Below, one piece after another: positions 55,137-64,000 of a stretch of DNA of 64,000 nucleotides. The notes under the pieces are model-generated. The model did no database searches and was not told the origin of the DNA. It worked only from the letters and a program-made list of their open reading frames with translations. The stretch is taken from contig JBFWYU010000004.1 of NCBI GenBank assembly GCA_050186075.1, positions 15,337 through 79,336 of the forward strand, read 5' to 3'. Position numbers and translations under genes: made by a program. Every line of letters starts with the position of its first letter. Within the stretch, counting starts at the first letter, position 1. The stretch is from Bacteroidia bacterium (GTDB taxonomy: Bacteria > Bacteroidota > Bacteroidia > SXHM01).

Positions 55137-56885
55137 ATGCACAGAACACATACTTGCGGAGAATTAAACATAGCTGATACAGGAAAAACAGTAACACTTG
55201 CCGGATGGGTACAACGCTCACGCGATTTAGGCGGAATGACCTTTATTGATTTGCGCGACCGTTATGGATTAACGCAACTGGCCTTCAATATGGAAACCAA
55301 TGCCACACTTTGTCTGGAAGCACGAAAACTGGGACGCGAGTTTGTTGTTAAAGTAACCGGAAAAGTTGCCGAGCGCAGCAGCAAAAACCTGAAAATGCCA
55401 ACCGGTGAAATTGAAATCATTGTTGATAAGATTGAAGTGTTGAATTCAGCCATTACACCACCTTTCACCATTGAAGATAGTACAGATGGAGGTGATGAAT
55501 TGCGAATGAAATACCGTTACCTTGATTTGCGTAGAAATGCTGTGCGGAAAAATCTGGAACTGCGCCACCGCATGGCAATTGAAACACGCAACTATCTTGA
55601 TTTGCAAGGTTTCCTTGAAGTAGAAACGCCTGTGTTGATTAAATCAACGCCTGAAGGAGCACGCGATTTTGTGGTGCCTTCACGCATGAACCAAGGCGAG
55701 TTTTATGCTTTGCCACAATCACCGCAAACGTTCAAACAGATATTGATGGTTGGTGGTTTTGACAAGTATTATCAGATTGTGAAATGTTTTCGTGACGAAG
55801 ATCTGCGTGCCGACCGCCAGCCGGAGTTTACACAGATAGACTGCGAAATGAGCTTTGTGGAGCAGGAAGATATTCTGAACACATTTGAAGGGCTGGTGAA
55901 AAATCTTTTCAAAAAAGTGAAAGGTATTGAGATCAAATCGTTGCCGCGCATGACGTATGCAGATGCCATGAAATACTATGGCAACGACAAACCTGATACA
56001 CGTTTTGAAATGAAGTTTGTTGAGCTCACTGAATTGGTAAAAGGCAAAAGCTTCAAAATATTTGATGATGCCGAAACGGTTTTAGGTATTTGTGCTAAAG
56101 GCTGTGCAGAATACACACGCAAGCAATTGGATGAGTTAACAGAATTTGTAAAACGCCCACAACTTGGTGCCGGTGGCTTAATCTATTTGCGTTACAATGC
56201 AGACGGAACATTAAAATCTTCGGTTGATAAATTTTACAATGAAGAGGAATTGAAAAAATGGGCTGCTGCATTTAACGCACAACCGGGAGATTTGATCCTT
56301 GTTCTTGGCGGAGCAGATTCAAAAACAAGAAAGGCGCTGAGTGAATTACGTTTGGAAATGGGTAGCAGACTTGGCTTCCGCAATAAAGATGTTTTCTCTC
56401 CACTATGGGTAGTTGACTTTCCATTATTGGAATGGAACGAAGAAACAAATCGCTGGCATGCGATGCACCATCCGTTTACTTCGCCTAAACCTGAAGATAT
56501 TTCGCTACTTAATTCTGATCCGGGCAAGATACGTGCGAATGCTTATGATATGGTGATTAATGGTGTTGAAGTTGGTGGTGGTTCTATCCGCATTCACAAT
56601 AAAGACCTGCAGGCAAAAATGTTTGAAGTGCTTGGTTTCACCAAAGAAGATGCACAATATCAATTCGGATTTCTAATGAATGCATTTGAGTTTGGTGCGC
56701 CTCCGCACGGTGGTATTGCTTTTGGCTTCGACAGGCTTTGCTCACTCTTTGGTGGTTCTGATTCAATCCGTGATTTTATTGCCTTCCCGAAAAATAATTC
56801 AGGACGCGACATGATGATTGATTCGCCTTCAACCATAAATCCTGAGCAACTGAAAGAACTCGGAATTCAGCTTGAAAAGGAATAA
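55137..56885 (+). CDS. aspS: Aspartate--tRNA ligase
   Basis: Class II aaRS motifs, OB-fold N-terminus, GAD insertion; 582 aa. Confidence 0.95.
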   Translation: MHRTHTCGELNIADTGKTVTLAGWVQRSRDLGGMTFIDLRDRYGLTQLAFNMETNATLCLEARKLGREFVVKVTGKVAERSSKNLKMPTGEIEIIVDKIEVLNSAITPPFTIEDSTDGGDELRMKYRYLDLRRNAVRKNLELRHRMAIETRNYLDLQGFLEVETPVLIKSTPEGARDFVVPSRMNQGEFYALPQSPQTFKQILMVGGFDKYYQIVKCFRDEDLRADRQPEFTQIDCEMSFVEQEDILNTFEGLVKNLFKKVKGIEIKSLPRMTYADAMKYYGNDKPDTRFEMKFVELTELVKGKSFKIFDDAETVLGICAKGCAEYTRKQLDELTEFVKRPQLGAGGLIYLRYNADGTLKSSVDKFYNEEELKKWAAAFNAQPGDLILVLGGADSKTRKALSELRLEMGSRLGFRNKDVFSPLWVVDFPLLEWNEETNRWHAMHHPFTSPKPEDISLLNSDPGKIRANAYDMVINGVEVGGGSIRIHNKDLQAKMFEVLGFTKEDAQYQFGFLMNAFEFGAPPHGGIAFGFDRLCSLFGGSDSIRDFIAFPKNNSGRDMMIDSPSTINPEQLKELGIQLEKE

Positions 56886-58380
56886 ATTATTCTTTCTTCT
56901 CCTCATCCTTTTTTCTTTTTCTGCGAAAAGCCAGTTTATCATTAACGGCCCTGCCATTGGTGGCGTAACGCCAACCGGTGCAAGGATGTATCTCAGCACA
57001 GAACATCCAGAAACTGTTACTATTCTTCTTTCGGAAGATGGAAGTGAAAGCAACACCAAATCTTTTGAAGCTTTTACCACCAAAGAAAAATTCAACACAA
57101 CTATAGTTGATTTTTCAGGACTTAAACCTGACACCAAATATTTCTATTCTTTCCTGATTGATGGCAAAGAGGACAGCATTCATGCTAGTTTCACAACTTT
57201 TCCTGAAAACGAAAAAAGAGGTAATTACACTTTTGTTACAGGCTCGTGCCAGGAAACAGAGAACATGAAAGTGTTTGATGTTATTCCTAAACATAACCCA
57301 CGCTTTATGCTCCACACGGGGGATTTCACGTATCCTGATTACCAGATTGCTCCTGATTATTCTGCCGATTATGCAAAGGTTGCATACTCCTATCGTAAGC
57401 GTTATGATGAAAAAGTAATGAAGGAAATGTTGTATAACATTCCGATTGATTATGTCTATGATGACAATGATTATGTGGGTGGGAATGGCGGCAGATACAA
57501 TAAAAATGATTTCCGCAGCAATTTCGAAGGAACAGTAGAACACAAGTTTATAATCGATTCATTCCCACCTTCATGGCGCAGAAATGTGATAAAAGGTTAC
57601 ACCGAATTTTTTCCGGCTTATCAGATGGTTGATACCAGTGAAGGCATCTACCACAGCTTTAAATTCGGCAATGCTGAATTCTTTTTTGTTGACCGCTGTT
57701 CGGCACACGAAGATCCACTGGTAGCCAATTTCAGCTATGATGCGAAAAAGAATAAATGGTCGTTTTCGCCAATAGACAGCGTAAAACTTTTTGGCGAGAA
57801 ACAAATGAATTGGCTGAAAAATGGTTTAAAAAACTCAACTGCCGACTGGAAATTTATTGTCAGCGGAGCACCTTTTAACAAAGCGTTGAGAAAATTAATT
57901 GATAAGGGGATGAAGATTCAAAAAATACAGGCAAAAGGATATAACGGCTTTCACATGGCCACAGGTTTTGCCTCGTATTTTGCAGGTTTTCCTAAAGAGC
58001 AGGAAGATTTTCTGAATTTCATAAAACAGGAAAACATCAAAGATGTAATTGTCATCAGCGGTGATACGCACCACAATGTGATGGATGACGGAGCCAATGC
58101 AGGCCTGCCCGAAATGAATGCAAGTGGTTTAAGTGTTACCGGAACTTACCTCGCTTACTTTTTGAATTTGGTGGGCAACGGAACGATGATGTATGATATA
58201 GGAGACGAAATATGGAACCAAGGTGGTAATGGCATTGGCAACCTGAATTTCAAAAATGCTTTTGGCAGAGTGGACATTGTTGAAAATAACTATGTAAAGC
58301 TAAGCCTTGTTGATGAAGACAATGAAGTAATCAGCAGTTTCAATGTTTATCATTCAGACTACACCGGAAAGCGGAAGTGA
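56872..58380 (+). CDS. PhoD-like metallophosphatase (secreted)
   Basis: Signal peptide; metallophosphoesterase motifs HTGDFTYPD and SGDTHHN. The only start available is TTG 56872, overlapping the aspS stop. Confidence 0.6.
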   Translation: MKRNKLFFLLLILFSFSAKSQFIINGPAIGGVTPTGARMYLSTEHPETVTILLSEDGSESNTKSFEAFTTKEKFNTTIVDFSGLKPDTKYFYSFLIDGKEDSIHASFTTFPENEKRGNYTFVTGSCQETENMKVFDVIPKHNPRFMLHTGDFTYPDYQIAPDYSADYAKVAYSYRKRYDEKVMKEMLYNIPIDYVYDDNDYVGGNGGRYNKNDFRSNFEGTVEHKFIIDSFPPSWRRNVIKGYTEFFPAYQMVDTSEGIYHSFKFGNAEFFFVDRCSAHEDPLVANFSYDAKKNKWSFSPIDSVKLFGEKQMNWLKNGLKNSTADWKFIVSGAPFNKALRKLIDKGMKIQKIQAKGYNGFHMATGFASYFAGFPKEQEDFLNFIKQENIKDVIVISGDTHHNVMDDGANAGLPEMNASGLSVTGTYLAYFLNLVGNGTMMYDIGDEIWNQGGNGIGNLNFKNAFGRVDIVENNYVKLSLVDEDNEVISSFNVYHSDYTGKRK

Positions 58381-58384
58381 TTGA

Positions 58385-59572
58385 TTATTTCAACACACCC
58401 AACTCCTTCCCCACTTTTGTAAACGCAGCAATAGCTTTATCTAAATGTGCGCGTTCATGTCCCGCAGAGATTTGAACACGAATACGGGCTTTCTCTTTCG
58501 GCACAACGGGGAAGAAAAAACCGATCACATAAATTCCTTCAGCTAATAATTTGTCGGCAAATACCTGTGCAATTTTTGCATCATACAACATGATGGGAAC
58601 AATCGGATGAATTCCTTCGCGTATATCAAAACCAGCTGCTGTCATGGCTTTGCGGAAGTAGGCGGTATTGTCCATCAGTTTATCACGTAGTGAAGTTGTT
58701 TCACTCAATAAATCAAACACAGCTGTGGCAGCACCAACAATAGAAGGTGCTAATGAATTAGAGAATAAATAAGGACGTGAACGCTGACGAAGCATTTCAA
58801 TGATCTCTTTTCTTCCGGAAGTAAAGCCGCCCATTGCACCACCCAACGCTTTACCCAATGTACCGGTAATGATGTCAACTTTTCCAATCACACCGCAATG
58901 TTCATGTGTACCTCTTCCTGTTTTTCCTACAAAGCCGGTACAATGGCTGTCATCTACCATCACCAACGCATTGTATTTTTCGGCAAGTGCACACACCTCA
59001 TCCAGCTTTGCTAAAAATCCATCCATAGAAAAAGCTCCATCGGTAACAATGATTCTGAAGCGTTGTGCCTGTGCTTGCTTCAGTTGCGCTTCCAGATCAG
59101 TCATATCGTTATTCTTATAACGATAGCGTTGTGCTTTGCACAAACGTACGCCATCAATAATAGAAGCATGGTTCAACTCATCAGAAATGATAGCATCCTC
59201 TTCACCGAACAGTGGTTCAAACACGCCACCATTTGCATCAAATGCTGCTGCATATAATATAGTGTCTTCTGTTCCCAGAAAATCAGAAATCTTTTTTTCC
59301 AGCGTTTTGTGAATATCCTGCGTACCACAGATAAAGCGTACAGACGACATTCCGTAACCACGGGTGTCCAACACATCTTTTGCTGCCTGAATAACTTTCG
59401 GATGACTTGAAAGTCCGAGGTAATTATTCGCGCAGAAATTAATTACCGTTTTCCCGCCTACGCTGATCTCAGCCCCCTGGGCCGATTCTATTATTCTTTC
59501 TTTTTTAAACAATCCTGAATTGCGGATAGTTTCTAGTTCTGTTTCAAGATGATTTTTCAGTTCTCCGTACAT
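58385..59572 (-). CDS. kbl: Glycine C-acetyltransferase (2-amino-3-ketobutyrate CoA ligase)
   Basis: PLP-dependent AAT-I fold; [10 protein letters not shown]; Lys-PLP region [16 protein letters not shown]. Confidence 0.9.
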   Translation of the reverse strand: MYGELKNHLETELETIRNSGLFKKERIIESAQGAEISVGGKTVINFCANNYLGLSSHPKVIQAAKDVLDTRGYGMSSVRFICGTQDIHKTLEKKISDFLGTEDTILYAAAFDANGGVFEPLFGEEDAIISDELNHASIIDGVRLCKAQRYRYKNNDMTDLEAQLKQAQAQRFRIIVTDGAFSMDGFLAKLDEVCALAEKYNALVMVDDSHCTGFVGKTGRGTHEHCGVIGKVDIITGTLGKALGGAMGGFTSGRKEIIEMLRQRSRPYLFSNSLAPSIVGAATAVFDLLSETTSLRDKLMDNTAYFRKAMTAAGFDIREGIHPIVPIMLYDAKIAQVFADKLLAEGIYVIGFFFPVVPKEKARIRVQISAGHERAHLDKAIAAFTKVGKELGVLK

Positions 59573-59584
59573 AGTTTTATTCTT

Positions 59585-61189
59585 TTATTTTTTTAACCAG
59601 ACTTTACCTACCTGCAAATTTCCGTTTGACGTTTCAAACTTCCACGCAAATGGGAATGCAGCGCAAGTATAAAAAGCTTCTGATGAATTTACTTCTTCCG
59701 ACAAAAGTAATCTTCCGTCAATTCCATAAACATTAAGTCTCCCGCGTTCAGTATTCTTTATTTCCAACAATGAATTCTGTGCATCATAAATCAGGTGCAG
59801 AGAATTCTGCAAGTTATTGTCTTCAATTGCACCAAACACTGGCGGCTGACAAACATCATTAAAGGCCATATTCTCAACATCATCAATCCAAATCATAGCG
59901 CGTTCATCACTTTGCAATGGCGTAAAACAAACACTGTCAAGCGTTAATCCGTTCACATGACGAAAGTAGATTCCATAAGCAGGCAGCGTGTTTCCGAACA
60001 AATCCATTTCGGGACGCTCTTGTATATTTTCAGGAACTACATAACTTGAATCAACTGCTGCCGAACCTCCGGGAACGGTGAATGAGATATTCTCCAGATG
60101 AACGTTTTCTAAGCTATGGCCGGGTATTCCGGTGATGTGACAAGGAAGATTATTCAATCCTTCGCCCGAAATATTTTTCAGCCTAATGTTTTCAAAGCTG
60201 CCTGCAGGTAATGGGGGAAGCGTATCAATATACTGGCGACCACTTTCTCCAAGCCGTATAACAATAGGAACCTGAACGCCTGAAACGGTAATGTTTTCAA
60301 TCAACACGCTGTCAATATGGGCACCGTCAATGCTGGCAATGTTGATTCCTATTTCGCCCGGCTGTCCCAATCCGCCTTCTGTAACAACGCAGTCGTGGAT
60401 ATGCACATTACTGATATCGCCAATTGTTTCTGTTCCTATTTTTATAACACGTGCAAGACTGGAAAACGAACAATTCCAAACTTCCACATCATGCAATTCG
60501 CTCATGCTGGTGGTCTTCATCACCATGGCATCGTCAAAACTTTCAACGGTGCAATCGTGAATACGCACATAGCGGCAACCGTCAAAAGCAATGCCGTCAT
60601 TGTTTCCGACACCTGAGTTATTAATCTTTAAACCTGACATTAACAAGGTGTCGCAATTTAAGTTATGCATCATCCAGAAAGAAGAATTCTTCATCGATAT
60701 ATCTTCATAACGCACATTCACGCATGAAATAAAACGAACTCCAAAAGCCCGCTGACCGGAATTAAGCACAAATGCCGAGGCAAAACTATTTCCGTCCAAT
60801 GTGCCTTTGCCAATGATACCGATGTTGTTTTCGCCTTCGGCATAAATCAATGAACGTTTGCGGTAATCATCGGCCATGCCATGCACCTGCGATTCAATTT
60901 CGGGATAATGTGCAGGATTGCCGCTGCCTTTTAAAATGGCTGCACTGTCGAGGTATAACAACACATTGCTTTTGAGAAAAATTGTTCCGCTTAAAAATGT
61001 TCCTCCTGCGGGAACATGTACTTCTCCCCCGCCCGCGTTGAAACAACTGTCAATGGCATTTTGGATTGCTGTGGTGTTAAGTGTTGTTCCGTCATTTACT
61101 GCACCAAAGTCAGTAATATAAAGTGTTACCTGAGCTGAAGACCAAAGGAAGAAGAAGAAGAAAGAAAGTATAAGGAAGAGTTTTCTCAT
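59585..61189 (-). CDS. Glycoside hydrolase family 28 / pectate-lyase-fold enzyme with probable T9SS C-terminal sorting domain
   Basis: Signal peptide; N-terminus ITDFGAVNDGTTLNTTAIQNAIDSC typical of GH28; beta-helix repeats; C-terminal ~80 aa beta-sandwich (…LEIKNTERGRLNVYGIDGRLL…) like T9SS CTD. Confidence 0.6.
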   Translation of the reverse strand: MRKLFLILSFFFFFLWSSAQVTLYITDFGAVNDGTTLNTTAIQNAIDSCFNAGGGEVHVPAGGTFLSGTIFLKSNVLLYLDSAAILKGSGNPAHYPEIESQVHGMADDYRKRSLIYAEGENNIGIIGKGTLDGNSFASAFVLNSGQRAFGVRFISCVNVRYEDISMKNSSFWMMHNLNCDTLLMSGLKINNSGVGNNDGIAFDGCRYVRIHDCTVESFDDAMVMKTTSMSELHDVEVWNCSFSSLARVIKIGTETIGDISNVHIHDCVVTEGGLGQPGEIGINIASIDGAHIDSVLIENITVSGVQVPIVIRLGESGRQYIDTLPPLPAGSFENIRLKNISGEGLNNLPCHITGIPGHSLENVHLENISFTVPGGSAAVDSSYVVPENIQERPEMDLFGNTLPAYGIYFRHVNGLTLDSVCFTPLQSDERAMIWIDDVENMAFNDVCQPPVFGAIEDNNLQNSLHLIYDAQNSLLEIKNTERGRLNVYGIDGRLLLSEEVNSSEAFYTCAAFPFAWKFETSNGNLQVGKVWLKK

Positions 61190-61195
61190 TATGAC

Positions 61196-61645
61196 TTATT
61201 TTAGATGTATTGTTTGTTCCTCTCCAGAATTATAAAAAGTAATACTATTTATTTCTAAGATTTTTTGAACAGATAATTTTCTATTTACACCAAACATTAA
61301 AATAGCATCCTTATTAATTTCCTTCCAATCTTGTTCATCATTAATTGTTGGGAAACTAATAATTGATTTATAAAAGCCAATACCATATACAGGAACATTA
61401 GTATTTACAGTATCAACATATTGCTCACATATCTTTATAAAATCAGTGTTATTAAAACATTCTTCATTGTAACCTTCAACATATAAATAATGAACAAAAT
61501 ACGTTTCACTGCCATGACTCATAGATTCATAATAGTGTGGAGTTATTTTTAAATGCTGATTTGCACAATCAATATTGTTTATTGAGATTGAGCAAGAAAA
61601 GAATATCGAGATACTAAAAAACAGAAAGAATACCCTGAACTTCAT
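61196..61645 (-). CDS. Hypothetical secreted protein (AT-rich gene)
   Basis: Start taken at MKFRVFF (61645) giving a signal peptide; no domain recognised. Confidence 0.35.
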   Translation of the reverse strand: MKFRVFFLFFSISIFFSCSISINNIDCANQHLKITPHYYESMSHGSETYFVHYLYVEGYNEECFNNTDFIKICEQYVDTVNTNVPVYGIGFYKSIISFPTINDEQDWKEINKDAILMFGVNRKLSVQKILEINSITFYNSGEEQTIHLK

Positions 61646-61649
61646 TGTC

Positions 61650-62621
61650 TTAAAAATTATACAACACCCCTTGCTCTGCAAAAATAAAATTCAGTTTGTA
61701 CTTATTCTGTTCGCTTAACTGTTTCTTAATCATTTCTTCATTGTTGCCTGCAGGCTTCATGTGGGTAATGATCACATTCAAGTCTTTCAACGCATCTTTT
61801 CCGGCCAGTTTTGCAAGTGCTTCCATTTCTTTCATCAGCCATTTGGGAGTGAGGTGTCCATAGAGTTTATTATCGGCTTGCTCATCGGGATAAGAAACTT
61901 CGAGGAAGATTGCTTTCAGTTTTTTCTCTTTCATTAAAGGTGCGATCTCCTTCCAGATGCTTTCCATGCGATTGGATTTTTCCAGTTCATCTGCACCGGT
62001 GTCACCAAAATACAAAATGTAGTTATCATTGTTACGCAGCAGGAATGCGGAACTCTGATAAGGCGTTGAATGGCTCAACGGAAATGTTTTTGCTGAAAGT
62101 GCAGTGTTCTCAATTTTGGTTTCGGCACCGGGAGCTAAAAACTTATACTGATATTTTTTAAGCGCAGGACTATCACCATCGCTGCCGAAGTTGGGCCAGC
62201 TTTTCCAATTGAAATAATGCTTCTGCAAATAGTCAAGCGTGAAGGGAAGTCCGTAAATGCTTTTGGTAGTATCATCAACCGAGTTGAGAACAAGTCCTGA
62301 AACATGGTCAAGGTGAGCGTGCGAAATGAGATAGGCTTTGATGTTGTTTTTTATAACACCTTGCACATCGCCTTTGAATAGTTTATTAGCAATTGCTTTC
62401 TCCACTCCGCTGTAAATTGTTCCGGCATCTAAACAGATGTAAGTATCGGAACCTTCGGGAGCGACAAGGTAGGCAGAGAGGTTGCTTTCGTCAAGCCCGC
62501 CTTTTACACCAAGGGGAATTACTTTGAAAGCGTTCTGGGAAATGCAGAATGCAGAATTAAGAATTAAGAATACGAGTAGAATGTTTTTTACCACTAAGGC
62601 ACTAAGGACACTAAGTTTCAC
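61650..62621 (-). CDS. Secreted MBL-fold class II 3',5'-cyclic-nucleotide phosphodiesterase-like protein
   Basis: Signal peptide; HAHLDHVSGL (class II PDE signature H-x-H-L-D-H). Confidence 0.6.
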   Translation of the reverse strand: MKLSVLSALVVKNILLVFLILNSAFCISQNAFKVIPLGVKGGLDESNLSAYLVAPEGSDTYICLDAGTIYSGVEKAIANKLFKGDVQGVIKNNIKAYLISHAHLDHVSGLVLNSVDDTTKSIYGLPFTLDYLQKHYFNWKSWPNFGSDGDSPALKKYQYKFLAPGAETKIENTALSAKTFPLSHSTPYQSSAFLLRNNDNYILYFGDTGADELEKSNRMESIWKEIAPLMKEKKLKAIFLEVSYPDEQADNKLYGHLTPKWLMKEMEALAKLAGKDALKDLNVIITHMKPAGNNEEMIKKQLSEQNKYKLNFIFAEQGVLYNF

Positions 62622-63199
62622 TAAGAGTTGGTTTTGAATTGTTTTTTAAATTGTTCTTCAGCTTGTTTATCAAAGAATACCCAGAAGATTGGAGTATAGC
62701 CTTTGATTTGTCCGGTTTCGGGTTCTACCACTGCCATGCGGGGTGCTGCGCCCAACACACGTTTTTCCAACTGCAGAGTTTCTTTGTTGAAATGCCAGGT
62801 TTCTTTCAACTTGATTGAAATGATATTCTTGTCCAGTTCGTTCTGAACTATTTTCATTTCCAGCACTTCGGTTTCGGGATTTTCAACATAAATAGTATCG
62901 GTAAAGTTGGAAGCCTTTTTTACATCGTCAATGCTTAAAGGTGAACCGTCCATAAAATTGTAGGCCTGCAATTTGCCGGCATACACCTGTTCGAAAATCT
63001 GGTAAATCAATTGGGAGTACTCTGAGAAATCCTGATCTTCCACATCATCATAATAGGTAGTGGGTGCATCGAGCGAATAGATAGCAGGTTTTGTCCAGCC
63101 GGCTGCAGTTGTTGCAGGTGCAGTTGTTTCAGGTTGTTTTGCCTGTTCTTTGCAGGAGAGGAGAAGTGCAAGCGGTAAGAAGAGGAGTAAGTTTTTCAT
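62621..63199 (-). CDS. Hypothetical lipoprotein
   Basis: Lipobox LLLSCKEQ; 192 aa; ATGA-type overlap with the downstream PDE gene. Confidence 0.45.
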   Translation of the reverse strand: MKNLLLFLPLALLLSCKEQAKQPETTAPATTAAGWTKPAIYSLDAPTTYYDDVEDQDFSEYSQLIYQIFEQVYAGKLQAYNFMDGSPLSIDDVKKASNFTDTIYVENPETEVLEMKIVQNELDKNIISIKLKETWHFNKETLQLEKRVLGAAPRMAVVEPETGQIKGYTPIFWVFFDKQAEEQFKKQFKTNS

Positions 63200-63219
63200 T
63201 TGTTTGGTTTTTTAGTTTT

Positions 63220-63294
63220 CGTCATTGCGAGTCCGCCTGAGGCGGACGAAGCAATCTCACAATTAAAGATTGCTTCACTGCGTTCGCAATGACG
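63220..63294. repeat. REP-like nested palindromic element, copy 4 of 4 (overlaps the 3' end of a CDS)
   Basis: cgtcattgcgagtccgcctgaggcggacgaagcaatctcacaattaaagattgcttcactgcgttcgcaatgacg; encodes the last 7 codons and stop of the M20-like gene. Confidence 0.7.
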
Positions 63295-64000
63295 GTTCAT
63301 TTGAGTTCTTAATTAATTGAATATAAAAGCTGATGGTTTCTTTATAACTCTGTATTGAAATACGTTCGTCTGTTCCGTGAATGCGCTTGAGGTCGGCATC
63401 ATCCAAACGCGTTGGTTCAAAGCGGAAAATATTTTTTGTGATGTTCTTGTAATGTTTTGAATCGGTTGCGCCTAAGACAAGGTAAGGTGCAACCAATACA
63501 TCGGGAAAAATTTCTGCTGTTGTTTTATGTATAACACCAAAAGCTGAGGAACTAAGATCTGAAACACCTGATGGCTCATCGGGTTCCTGACTGGTGGTTG
63601 TAAGCTTAATGCGTTCGTCATTGATAATTTGTTTCACGTAATCAATAACACCCTGCACACTATCGCCCGGCATGATGCGGAAATTGACAACTGCTTTTGC
63701 TTTGATGGGCAACACGTTTTCTTTTTCACCGCTTTTGAAAATAGTAGCTGCGGTAGTGGTGTGCATGGCAGCGCGTGTGGAATTTTTCTTGTCGAGCTGG
63801 CTTTCAATAACAGGACCAAAGAGCCAACGGTTGGCGAAAACCAAACGCATTCCGAATTTCATTTCAGGTCCCACATAATCAAATAACACTGTGCCTACTC
63901 CATCCATCTGGCTGGGAAAGGGATGTGTTTCTAATTTTGAAATAGCGGCACTCAAAATACCGATTGCACTTTGTTTAGGCGGCATGGAGCTGTGTCCGCC
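63275..64000 (-). CDS. M20/M25/M40-family metallopeptidase, C-terminal part (N-terminus beyond window end)
   Basis: Dimerisation-domain-like region and ...GATDSKHY...HGTDERI motifs; open to the window edge. Confidence 0.5.
   Translation of the reverse strand, partial: GGHSSMPPKQSAIGILSAAISKLETHPFPSQMDGVGTVLFDYVGPEMKFGMRLVFANRWLFGPVIESQLDKKNSTRAAMHTTTAATIFKSGEKENVLPIKAKAVVNFRIMPGDSVQGVIDYVKQIINDERIKLTTTSQEPDEPSGVSDLSSSAFGVIHKTTAEIFPDVLVAPYLVLGATDSKHYKNITKNIFRFEPTRLDDADLKRIHGTDERISIQSYKETISFYIQLIKNSNEPSLRTQ

Overview
This 64 kb window is a chromosomal segment from a Bacteroidota-type genome. The evidence is Bacteroidetes-style TAnnTTTG promoter motifs, frequent ATGA start/stop overlaps, a T9SS C-terminal sorting domain, and a clade II (Sec-type) nosZ cluster. 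I estimate GC near 42 %. It holds about 65 protein genes, one tRNA-Ala(GGC), and no rRNA or CRISPR.

Gene content, in order:
- Signalling block (1-6295): PP2C phosphatase fragment, CHASE/PAS/GAF NarL-type sensor kinase, NarL-type regulator, stand-alone receiver, PAS-PP2C phosphatase.
- Three-gene minus-strand module (6349-7730): a heptad-repeat small ORF, an HU-like N-terminus fused to a HEPN (RNPKAH) domain, and a 2-TM protein.
- Housekeeping run: Xaa-Pro aminopeptidase, outer-membrane barrel, bactofilin/AtpZ-like/membrane trio, nrdB-nrdA (class Ia), CobB sirtuin with an unknown partner, AsmA-family protein, isochorismatase, acyl-CoA synthetase.
- A solitary IS200/IS605-type Y1 transposase with flanking hairpins.
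- nadK and neighbours, then an accessory-looking run of minus-strand genes at 26.7-32.6 kb that ends in a strictly phased 12 x 21-bp iteron-like array, a TAG-interrupted ORF and a DUF4248-like small gene.
- A complete clade II N2O-reductase locus: Rrf2 regulator, cytochrome c, nosZ, nosB-like, nosL, nosD, nosF, nosY, then tRNA-Ala.
- pyrF, DinB, tpx, gmhA, a neutral-ceramidase-like gene, a DsrE/TusE/SQR sulfur module, Usp, SBBP and MORN repeat proteins, TauD-like dioxygenase, aspS, PhoD-like phosphatase, kbl, a GH28 enzyme with T9SS CTD, a class II cNMP phosphodiesterase, and an M20 peptidase fragment.

The most unusual signals:
- A 4-copy family of roughly 75-90 bp REP-like nested palindromic elements that always abut gene ends.
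- A second, related 3-copy repeat family.
- Two unrelated 21-bp tandem arrays.
- The HU-HEPN fusion module.
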